Source: Sphaerodactylus townsendi
Lineage: Eukaryota
DNA length: 32,257 bases
NCBI RefSeq assembly: GCF_021028975.2
Contig: NC_059439.1
Span: forward strand, 34,255,744 to 34,288,000
Direction: 5' to 3'
Below the pieces are notes generated by a model. The model searched no databases. It worked only from the letters and a program-made list of their open reading frames with translations, and was not told the DNA's origin. Of this stretch, positions 21,768 to 31,884 are shown piece by piece. The first letter of the stretch is position 1. The number at the start of each line of letters is the position of its first letter. A program made the position numbers and the translations under genes.

Positions 21768-22628
21768 CTGCCACCCCTCATGGTCTAGGAGATTCCACTG
21801 CCTGCTGTGTGTGGTTACTCTGAGTCTAAAACCGGAGAACTGCCAATCTTGCAAAGCATGTGCCAGAGCATAAACTCCGTTGTAGATGCTGTAGCTGTGG
21901 GCAGTTGTGATGGTTTCAAAAACAGATCCCGGAAGAGCCCCCAACTCCTCCTCTCCTGTGCACATTTCTCCATCCTCTTGGACTGCTGTGGAGTCAGTGA
22001 ATGAACAAAGAAAAGCCAATTGCCAGAATGGTCTGATGAAGCCATCTTTTTCTTCAGAGTCAAGCTTTCTCTCCTGAATAAATTTCTGGAATCCTGAGAG
22101 CTCTACTGAGTTAACTGCGAAGGATATGGCACCGTGGATAGAACTGATGTCCCAGCTACTTTCAAAGGGTAGAGAGGTGAAGTCCATCTGAGCTGTCCAT
22201 ATCCAGAGTTTAGCTGTCTCACAGAGTGGTGTATCCTCAAGTTCTGGGAGTTGGAGAAACAATCTTAACATTATCATGGTATGAATTTCCCCATGGAGGA
22301 CCAAAACTTTGGCAGTGCTTCCCATGACAACTTTGTACTTTTTAACTGCTTCAGCCACTCCCTCTGCAGCTTCACTGGAAAATGCTACTTCTGGCATTAT
22401 GGCTATGAAGTCCACACAGATGCCCTTCTGCGATAGCATAGGAACCATGTCCTGTACAAATCTTTCTCCTGTCTCATCAGACAGAGAAATCATCCCAATC
22501 CACGTCCACTTGAAATATAACAGAAGGTGAAGAATCCCTATATTTTGATGGGTCTGGCTTGGGAACATTTGGTGAAAGAAAACAGCTTCCATTTTGTTAT
22601 CTGTCCTGGGTGCAGAGCCATATGAGAT
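21768..22628 (-). CDS. V2R gene B exon 3
   Basis: tctgtag|ATC acceptor and CAG|GTGACA donor; 861 bp, open. ISYGS...LLLYFKWTWIG...SYSIYNGVYALAHAL...WQ. Confidence 0.95.
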
Positions 22629-23002
22629 CTACAGACAGAGTAGCAGGGGAGAGATTTCAAAACTACTATTAGTGATTATTTGGTTTCCGTATTACATTAT
22701 TGAATGTATAATTTGACATGCCAACTAAACTAACTTTTTGTATTAATGCGGACCAAGATGAGGTACAGAGGCTCTACATTCTTATGTCATTGGTACATCC
22801 ACAAAAGGATTAACTCTGAATCATTTGATTTTCTAAGTACTGAGGAATGTCATTAATTATGTTCTATGTACAGCCTTTCAGCTACACATGAGATCTACCT
22901 AATCTTACAATGATGCCAGTCTTTGTCTGCGATACATATCTAAACGGCCAGAAAAAGTGTTAAGTGCGTGCTAATGTTTCATTCTTCATGGTTACACCTT
23001 AC

Positions 23003-23294
23003 CTGTGGGATCTTGTAGAAGCAGAGAATGGTTGCCGCATAGAGACAGATGTCAGAGTTAGGTCCTGTGATGGCTGCGACGGGACGGCTCTGGGAAGCAG
23101 ACTTGTAGTTGGGGATGAACCTGCCCTTTGTAGAGAGAAGTTCCATTGAGGCAAGATAGGTCCAGCTTGGATTGAAATGGCTATTGTAGATGTCAAATCC
23201 CAGAGTGATGTTGGGTAAGAGCTGAGGATTTTCATTGATCTGCTTCACAGCAAAATCCAAGGCTAGGATATGCTGGTAGTTGTGAGTCAGGAAC
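23003..23294 (-). CDS. V2R gene B exon 2
   Basis: ttgcag|G acceptor and CAG|GTAAGG donor; 292 bp. [28 protein letters not shown]...YKIPQ. Confidence 0.95.
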
Positions 23295-23916
23295 CTGCAA
23301 TGAGAGCAGATGACTTCAAGCAGAAAATGAAGTCTTCTTCTGTCTGATTCCAGCCCAACATAACTGCTATCTATACCTTACATCTAAGACACCGGAAAGA
23401 CTATATCCCCAGAATATGAAGAGTTCTATTTGAGAAAAAATAGACCTTGTAATACTTTACAGCTCTGTGGAGATGAAGAATATCTTTTCCCCCAGAAAAG
23501 AAGACATAAAAATTCTCTAAGTAATAAGTACATACCTTGCAGGGACCATCGGAATTTGAACCAACAAAGAAGCAAACAGAAAGGACACTCAGTACTGATT
23601 CAGTGGAGTCAGATTAAAATATTTCCCAAACTACATATGTGATCCTCAACCAGTAGATTAGAATGCAGAATATCTCTGGACAGAATCAAGGATGGCTGAC
23701 CAGTCATAATTCTGCTAAACACATCTTCAAAAGTGGCCAACATAATAGACTTAACTGCAACATAACACGGAAAGAGGAGAACAGATCCCAACAACATTTG
23801 GATTCTGAAATCAAGAATGAAAAGCAAGAACAGAACTATGTGCCAACCATTTTCCAGCGAACTGAATCTCACTCAAATCTACTTGCACAAGGGGAAGAAA
23901 ATGGGCATTTTCTTAC

Positions 23917-24188
23917 GAAAGGTCAGCGAACAGTTCCTCAGATGGACATTTTTCAAACATGATTGGATCAATAGCAATGTAGATCTGAGACAGAATGGCA
24001 GCAATGATGAGATCCCCTGATTTATAGTATTTGTGAACAATAGGAAGAGGATCCCTGATGGGGCATTTACTAAGAGGAACCCTACACATTGCCAGAGGCA
24101 CTAATTCAAATTCAACCGCCAGAAACAACACCGTCTTGAGTGACAAATGTTCCAGGAACGAGTTCAGCTGTTCAGACAAAGTTTCCAT
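23917..24188 (-). CDS. V2R gene B exon 1 (start uncertain: ATG 24188, ATG 24236, or ACG 24134 at the family-typical position)
   Basis: KC...HKYYKSGDLIIAAI V2R exon-1 motif. Donor TC|GTAAGA at 23917/23916, phase 2. The spliced CDS from 24188 is open (895 aa). Confidence 0.75.
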
Positions 24189-24769
24189 GTGTCTCTGACT
24201 ATCCTGTTTGAATGGTCGGGCGTTTTGATTGTACATTTGTATATCCCAATGTCAGGGCTGAGCTTGATGAATTCTTCTCTGTCCCCTGCCCCTGCTCTGA
24301 ATGACATGGGGACTATTAATAGTTTCCTTCAATCTTCTGTCTAGGAAATTGGAATAGAGGTGGAAGTAATTGTGGTTAATTTGATGATTGCAGGGATGAT
24401 AATAATTAGTCACAACTGGTGGTAGAAAAAAGCATTGTGGTGTTATTTCCCTTAGATTGATGTTAATATTATATTATTTTCTTGTATAATGCTGTCAAAA
24501 TGCCTGGGGATTTACAAAGTCCAAGGAAACAGCTCCCTGCTTCCTTGAACTCGCAATGGACAGTTCCTGGAGTAATACACTGAACTGAAGCAAGTGATAT
24601 CTGCAGTGTTGCCAGTCTGCCACAAGGACAGGAATCTCCGGTTCCCTGCTCTTAATGACAGCAACAGAAGAATAAAACAAAAATGGCTACCAGATCTATG
24701 GTGTGATGTCACTTTTGGGTAGAATCCAGAAGTGGCAGAATACCTCTCCAGGAAACCCTGGAAACTATG

Positions 24770-25061
24770 GGCCGTTCCCCACTTTCGTCCTTCCCCTCTA
24801 TGCCGGCGTTGGTTCCCATGCCTGCGAGCATCCCAGGGCGCTGCTACCTCAAGGTCAGCCCCTACCGACCCCCGCACTCTGCACGGGGCCATCAAAAGGT
24901 GCCATTGAGAAGAGCGCCTGGGATGCTGCGCACTGAGGGGCGCGACAGCAGCAGCTTCGGGGCGGTTGCGCTGTCGCCGCTCCTCTCAGTGGGGAGTGCC
25001 GAGTGACCCCGCGCTACTCTCCTCGAGTAGCGCGGGGCTTAAGGGAAGTGGGGAAAGGGCC
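24770..25061. mobile_element. Harbinger-type MITE related to 6805-7063
   Basis: GGCCGTTCCCCACTT...AAGTGGGGAAAGGGCC termini; shares internal motifs (cggggcggttgcg, gaccccgcgcta); TSD not clear. Confidence 0.7.
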
Positions 25062-25825
25062 AAAGTTGAGTTTCTGGTGGTTCCTTTAGAGACCTTGTAT
25101 CAGTTCTGCGTTTCTCCACAGATTGAGTCAGACAGAAATACACTGAGACCAGTGGTGGGATTCATAGGTTTTCCACCGGTTCGGGTTGCTCTGAGCTGCT
25201 AAAAGCCCCGTCCTTCCCTCTCCCTAGCTTGGAAGAAGTTCCATCAGCCTTGAGCTGAGCCAGGCCTTTTTTTGGTTCGGGCCCCAAGGAGCATAAAATG
25301 ATCTTGCAATAAAGTAACACAGTTTTAATTACGACGCCCTTAGTTGTTGCCTTATCAGGGGGGCAAATGAGAAATCAAAGGGGACAGAATCTGAAAAAGT
25401 TGTACTGTCCTTTTCTCAAGGAGAATAAACTGCTTATTCAAGGTAGGGTTTACCAGGATGGCAAGAGACATGGTGGTAGAGTCCCATGCATCGTTCCAGA
25501 AGCTGTGCTATTCCCATTTTGTGAGTCCAAAGAATTCCTCACCATTTGCAATTCCCCTGGATTTTTGATATCAGGCTAGATATTCACCTGGATTTTTTTT
25601 TATCCAGGTCCCTGGCAGTCCGTTCTGAGGATATCTCAAGGTGAAAATAGGCAGAGATCTGGATGGGAGATTCTCAAATATAAGTTTGAGAATGAAACTT
25701 TAACAGATGAATCAAGTAATCCTCAAGCTCTTACTCTGGCTGTTCAGTGTATGGAGATGAAATAGGAGCGTTATTTCTTTTTTGCTGACCTACTGGTGGA
25801 GCATTCTTTTGTTATGATTCCAGTT

Positions 25826-26308
25826 GGGTAAAAGGGGGAGTCCGGCTCTCAAGATGGCGGCGCGTTAACTTCTGAGTCACGCTGAGCTCCGGGATAAACT
25901 TAAGTAATTGCTTTCAGCCTTATCTTTTAATGTTTGTATTAGCGTTTTATTGTTTTATGGCCCTCGGTTTTATTGCCAGTGGTGTTGCAGTTTGCTGGCT
26001 GAGATAAGCAGTGTGGAGACCTGGTAGTGGGAGTTACAGCTAACAACTAGTAGCTGCCGGCATGGCTCCTAGCAAACGCTCCCGAGATTTGGAAGAGGTT
26101 TGCTCTCCTCCTGCCAACAAGCAATTGAAGATTGACGACTTCCTTGTTGGAGGAAATTCTACCATCTCCAATTCGGCTGGGTTGGAATTTGCAGTGCCCG
26201 TCTCCAACCGCTTCACATTGCTTCAGACAGACTCAAACTGCCCAGTGGACCATAGTGTCACAATATCTCCCGTGGAAGAGCATGGAACAACAAACGCACC
26301 CATCAATC
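25826..26308 (+). mobile_element. 5'-terminal fragment of a LINE (5'UTR plus ORF1 start), 3'-truncated
   Basis: 12-bp direct repeats ATGATTCCAGTT (25814-25825 and 26309-26320). The 5' end has GGGGAGTCCGG...CAAGATGGCGG (YY1-type motif). ORF MAPSKRSR...KQLKIDDF...VPVSNRFTLL carries an ORF1-like SNRF motif. Confidence 0.6.
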
Positions 26309-26870
26309 ATGATTCCAGTTAAAATGATCCAATTATTTTTTCAGGATAATAAATTTAAAACAAGGAAGAATACTCCAAAATAGCTCCAGAAATACAGTTT
26401 CATGGTGCATCTGAAAATGCCAAGTTCAAAGGAAAGCAGTTTGCAATCTGTTTTGGACTGAGAAATGCATTTATTTCCAAGGGGTCTAATAATTTATTAT
26501 ACAACCATTGATACAAACTGAACATGTGGTCCATTACAATCATTAAAAATCCAGAAACAGGCAAAATTACAGGCACAAGCAAGGAGTAAACCCCTCCTCC
26601 TATTCAAAATTATTTAACACTACACAAAGGGCCAAACACAGATCTTCAAGAAGATTGTGAACACTTGAAACCCAAACTGAATGGACTATTGACCAGTTCA
26701 GGAAACCCAGCTACAAATGTGCTTGCTAATTCTCAGACTAAATGCACAGCTCACACAAAGTACACATTGTAATGTAGAAACAATTGGCCCAGAAGAAGAC
26801 ATAGGCCCACCAGTCCCAGCACAGTTGAATATAATACAATGGATCCTGGTATTTGCATCATACAATCTAA

Positions 26871-27011
26871 GGCTCATTCTGCACATGCAGAATAATGCAC
26901 TTTCAAACTGCTTTCAGTGCTCTTTGAAGCTGTGCGGAATAGCAAAATCCACTTGCAAACAGTTGTGAAAGTGGTTTGAAAACGCATTATTTTGCGTGTG
27001 CGGAAGGGGCC
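26871..27011. mobile_element. 141-bp Harbinger-type MITE at the gene C stop codon
   Basis: Family match; TSD TAA (26868-26870 and 27012-27014). Confidence 0.93.
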
Positions 27012-27912
27012 TAAGTTTTTATTTTTATCAACTGTCCTCTTTTGTTCATCTCAGGTCTTTCTATAATGATGTAGCATTTTGGGAAGAAGATGCAGGTCAG
27101 TAGCCCAGCACTGGAGGTTAAGATGGAGAAGATCTCCACAGCCACCATGGATTTGCCCTTGGTGCTCAAGTAGGTTGGAACGAAGGAGACCCACACACTG
27201 CAAAAGACCAACATGCTGAAGGTGATGAACTTGGCTTCGTTGAAACTGTCCGGTAACTTCCTGGCTAAGAAAGCCACAGTGAAGCTGACGATGGCCAGGA
27301 AGCCAAGAAAGCTCAGGACACTGTAAAACATGGTGGCTGAGCCCTCCTTACATTCCAACACAATTGTCTCCGTCATTGAGTGCATGTCAAAACCAGGGAA
27401 GGGGGGACATGTTGCTAACCACACGGTACAGATAGTAGCTTGGAAAAGGGAACATGCAAGGACAATGGAACTGGCCAATTTTTTCCCCAGCCATCTCCTC
27501 ATTCTGGATCCTGGTTTTGCGGCCATGAAAGCCAGAACCACAATGACTGTTTTGGCTAAAACACAAGAAACAGCCACTGAGAAGATAATGCCGAAAGCCG
27601 TTTGTCGAAGGAGACAGGTCCACTTCTCAGGCTGGCCAATGAACAGCAAAACACAAAGGAAAGACAAGAGGAGGGAGATGAGGAGAGTGTAGGTGAGGTC
27701 CCGGTTGTTGGCTTTGACTATGGGAGTTTCCCGGTGCTTAATAAAGATCCCGAGCACCACAGCTGTGATGAAAGAGAAGGAAAGAGTGACAACAGCCAAG
27801 CTGATACCCAAAGGTTCTCCATAAGACAAAAAGCTGATCTCTTTCGGTATGCATGAATTCTGGCCTTTGTTTGGATACTGACTTTCAGGACACTCAAAAC
27901 ATTCATTCATAT
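27011..27912 (-). CDS. V2R gene C exon 6 (7TM)
   Basis: tttccag|AT acceptor; 902 bp to TAG; 7TM motifs near-identical to gene B exon 6. Confidence 0.95.
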
Positions 27913-29098
27913 CTGGAAATGGAAATGCAATGGCAAGCTGATAATAACATGACCAAGTATTCAAGAAATGCTGCTCAGTTGAAGTCAGACAACAGAGCTT
28001 TCTCACTTTCTTTTCAATAATATGAGGACAAATTTAGGATCAGTGGTGCCCTCAGAGCACCCCACAGTTTTGGAGATTGTAGTAAAGGGCTTTCTGGTAC
28101 GCTAAAATGATCACAAACCAAACTGGTGTCTACGGTATGTCTGTCTCTGCCTTTCTTGCCTCTTTTTGTCTCAGTCAACTGACCACTATCTGTAAGAGCA
28201 CTTGCATATCTGTGCATATCGAATATTGTTTCCTTTTCTAATAAAAACCACGGAATCAAGAAGAAGTGTTCAACTTCAAGGAGCTTCAAATGCCGTCATA
28301 AGAACGGTTTTCTGGCAGTAAGAATGACTGAATCAAATGACATTTGCTTCTGTGTAGTTCATTTGTCTGGTTTTTTTTTAGTAAGGAAATATTTGTTAGG
28401 AGATTAATGTCCAAGGATGTCTGTCGAGATATTTTAAACAAAAGTCCAACCAAGGAATCTTCTACATTCATTAATACCAACATTCCAATCTGTGTTAACA
28501 ATGAAAAATAAACAATGTTTATAAACATAAAACATTTTTCTGGCTTTACCTTTGATAAAGCAAAGACTAAACAAAGAAGATTCTTTAGGGTCCTTTATAC
28601 TTTGTCAGTGGAACTTAAACTGCTGAAGAGACCTTCTGTGGCCCACTTATGTCCAACTAAATTTACATATAAAATTTAACTATAGCTGGTATATCACTAA
28701 CTATGGGCTTTTTCTAGAAGATTAACTCCAGAAGATGTATAAAGGCCTATTCTCACCATTCTAATTTTGAACACTTATTTCAGAAATAATGGAACTTGCT
28801 TCTGGATAGGACTGCTATCAGTGAGGAAGGGAGGGGAAACTGTGCCCACGACATGAACTGCCCGTGTGCCCCCTCCCACCCCTGCCCTGCCCCCCAAATC
28901 TCCGACATGCTCCACCCCACCCTCAACACTCCCCGGTCCTGCCTCCGATGCGTGTCTGCAATGGCAGCACCTGGGGTGAGCCGCCCCGGATGTTCCCATT
29001 GTAGCTCCGCCTCTGCCTGCTGCGGATTGCTTCAAGCGTCTACATGCCTTTGTACATACTGAAATACAATGAACATATCTGATACTTGAATCTCTTAC

Positions 29099-29225
29099 CC
29101 TTCTCATTTGAAATCTTCCCTGGTGGACACGGAATACAGTCATAACAGCAAAAAGGTCTGCCTTCGATCATTCTTTTGCTGTAACCAGAACAGCAGTATT
29201 CATTGCAAACCGAAAGGGGCTGCAC
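29099..29225 (-). CDS. V2R gene C exon 5
   Basis: 127 bp, GT-AG; [15 protein letters not shown]...[15 protein letters not shown]. Confidence 0.93.
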
Positions 29226-30125
29226 CTGGCCCAAATGAAAGATACGTATTAAACACACCCATTTTCATTCGCTTTCCCAAATGTATATTGTATTGGTGTA
29301 ATTGCAGTTATAATGGGTTGGCATGGCATGATAGCATGACGTCAATGGAACATTTGGAGTGCAATGGACAATTGAAACGTTTGTATTCTTTTGTTCCGGA
29401 CAATATAAGCACCATTTCAATCCTTCAAAATGAGGCATTTTGTTAAGGCAGGAACCTTCCAGCTGTAGTGTCCCTTGAGGCTGAGATCCCATGCCCGTCA
29501 AGTCAGCAAAATCAAAGATAAAGGTCCAAGCAAGAACTGAAGGTAGCAAAGTTGCTGTGAAGAGTGTTGATACCTCCTGCCTTATGTTCAAAGCCCCGTC
29601 CAACGATCATGTGACTCCATGCCTGCACGAGCCTGCCACTCCCAAGGAGCCTTTCCATTGGTGTGGGGATGCTAAAAATGCATACAAACCTCCCCCCTGC
29701 TAGAAAACCCCCACTGGGCATTATGGACTTAAGTCTAGTGGGAGGGAAGGGAAGGCCAATTCTTAGCTGCCTTTAGGTTCCTCATGGTAGAGAAAAGTGG
29801 GGTATAAAAACCAGTTATTTTTATTTGATCGAGCTGTTCCTTTCCATGAGGATTCTGCTATGCCTTGTCATTTTTTCTATGCTATATATCTAAATATATA
29901 ATTACTTATAATCTGCTTGGAAGGAACACAAAGGATGTTAATAACATAACCCAAAATATAGTGAAACATTCTTTCAAGGTTTTTCTAAAAACAGTTTTAG
30001 AAGAAAATGATCAGCTAATCAACAGAACACAGAGGGGAAAAAAATAATATGTGAATATTTTCTTCCTGTTTCAACAGTGGGAGATTTACTTGAGGTTTCC
30101 GACCTAGAGCATTTAAAAATCCTAC

Positions 30126-30353
30126 CTGGTTGAACATAGCCGGCCATACAATGGCCTTGTCATTAATGGAGAACATTTTTTGTGGAAGAGCCGTTGAGTC
30201 GGCCTTTCCCACTTTGACTCGAAGAAAGGACTGATTTGGGAAGGTGACCCAGTTGACAATATCAAAGTCGGTTACTAATTCCCCATTTGCGTTGAAGGAA
30301 ATGCTTTCCCCAGCACTGTTGTTGAAGGAGACACTTCTCAGAAAGTGGTCGAT
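30126..30353 (-). CDS. V2R gene C exon 4 (exons 1-3 expected beyond the right edge)
   Basis: cctttag|ATC acceptor and CAG|GTAGGA donor; 228 bp, open; 12 nt and 8 aa differences from gene B exon 4. Confidence 0.93.
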
Positions 30354-30524
30354 CTAAAGGCAGACAAAAAGCAAAACACCCGTTCGTACAGAGAGGCAAG
30401 ATAAGCAAATATGAAATGGGATGATACATTTCCAAACAAAAGAACTGTTGTTATTATTTTCCTTAAATGTATGTTCAGGTACACAATGGGGAGACTTACA
30501 ACATTTAATATGTCAATATACTAG

Positions 30525-30962
30525 TAAGGCAATGTGGTGCAGTGATCAGGAGCAGGTGGATTCTAATCTGGAGAACTGGGTTTGATTCCCCACTCCTCCA
30601 CCTGAGTGGCAGACTCTTTCCTGGTGAACTAGATTTGTTTCCGTACTCTGCGGTGCTCTCATTAGTAGACCAGCGATACAAATTAGGAACTACATTCTAT
30701 CAAGCTTCCTACCAGCATGGCCAATTGGCCATGCTGACAGAGGCTGATGGGAATTGTAGTTCCTGAACATCTGGAGAGCCGCAGGTTCCCTACCCCTGTT
30801 CTACAGAATAAGCGTGCTGAGTGACCATGGGCTAGTCATGGTTCTCACAGAACTCTCTCAACCCCACCTAACTCATAAGGTGTCTACTGTGGGGAGGGTT
30901 TGTTGACTGCTTTACAGGAGAAAAAGCCGAGGTATAAATCCAAACACTTCTTTGTCTTCTTC
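30525..30962 (+). mobile_element. Old Squam3-type SINE interrupted by a partial palindromic hAT MITE (~30685-30798)
   Basis: SINE head and tail homologous to 4481-4786; inner segment homologous to 31298-31443. Confidence 0.75.
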
Positions 30963-31019
30963 CACCAAATTCAAGACAGAAAAATCCAAAAAATACTAAT
31001 GACAGCCTAAAAACTGTTA

Positions 31020-31160
31020 GGCTCCTTCCGCACATGCAGAATAATGCACTTTCAAACTGCTTTCAGCGCTCTTTGAAGCTGTGCGGAATGGCAACATCCA
31101 CTTGCAAACAGTTGTGAAAGTGGTTTGAAAACGCATTATTTTGCGTGTGCGGAAGGGGCC
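31020..31160. mobile_element. 141-bp Harbinger-type MITE
   Basis: Family match; TSD TTA. Confidence 0.93.
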
Positions 31161-31297
31161 TTATATTTGAGCACCATTTAGTGATGAAAAATTATAGCCC
31201 ACTGATGGCGACACGCTAGGATTTTGAAGAGAAGAGAAGAGAAGAGCTAGTTTACCATTTCCTGTCCCTGAGTAGGATCACTTAACTTCCTCTATTG

Positions 31298-31443
31298 CAG
31301 TGGTGGCGAACCTTTGGCACTCCAGATGTTATGGACTACAATTCCCAGCAGCCCCTGCCAGCATAGCCAATTGACCATGCTGGCAGGGGCTGATGGGAAT
31401 TGTAGTCCATAACATCTGGAGTGTCAAAGGTTCACCACCACGG
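31298..31443. mobile_element. Palindromic hAT MITE
   Basis: TIR CAGTGGTGGCGAACCTTTG; perfect 8-bp TSD CTCTATTG. Confidence 0.9.
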
Positions 31444-31771
31444 CTCTATTGTCTCCCATCCAAGTACTTTGAAAAAGCCCAATCAACTAAGCTCCCAAGG
31501 GTTGATGAGGTCTGGTAGCTTCAGCCAATCAGGTTAGAGCAAGCTCTGATCAGTTGCCCACTCCAAAATGCAGTGATAAAGCCAAATTACTCTTTTAGGC
31601 TCATTCACGCACAAGCAGAATAATGCACTTTCAAACTGCTTTCAGTGCTCTTTGAAGCTGTGCGGAATGGCAAACAGTTGTGAAAGTGTATTGTCGAAGG
31701 CTTTCACGGCCGGAATCACTTGGGTGCTGTGTGGTTTCTGGGCTGTATGGCCGTGTTCTAGCAGCATTCTC

Positions 31772-31814
31772 TCCTGACGTTTCGCCTGCATCTGTGGCTG
31801 GCATCTTCAGAGGA
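31772..31814 (-). ncRNA. Minimal type I hammerhead ribozyme, opposite-strand copy
   Basis: Exact reverse complement of 31842-31884. Confidence 0.75.
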
Positions 31815-31841
31815 TCTCTGATCTCTTCAGAGGATATCAGA

Positions 31842-31884
31842 TCCTCTGAAGATGCCAGCCACAGATGCAGGCGAAACGTCAGGA
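31842..31884 (+). ncRNA. Minimal type I hammerhead ribozyme (Penelope-associated)
   Basis: TCCT-CTGAAGA-T-GCCAGC[loop]GCAGGC-GAAAC-GTC-AGGA: conserved CUGANGA/GAAA/GUC core, 4-bp stem I, palindromic ACGT stem III. Confidence 0.75.

Larger units (their letters stand above)
28523..30632. repeat. Segmental duplication: gene C intron 5 to intron 3 is paralogous to gene B 18013-20560
   Basis: Collinear intronic identity apart from TE indels; shared old SINE head at ~20470 and ~30530. Confidence 0.92.

Noticed and set aside
27913-28006. N-terminal extension of the 331-aa ORF
   Set aside because: Intronic read-through upstream of the exon-6 acceptor.
28764-29050. GC-rich segment in gene C intron 5 absent from gene B, with 88- and 122-aa ORFs
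   Set aside because: No TIR pair, TSD or protein motif; probably a decayed TE piece or a deletion in B.
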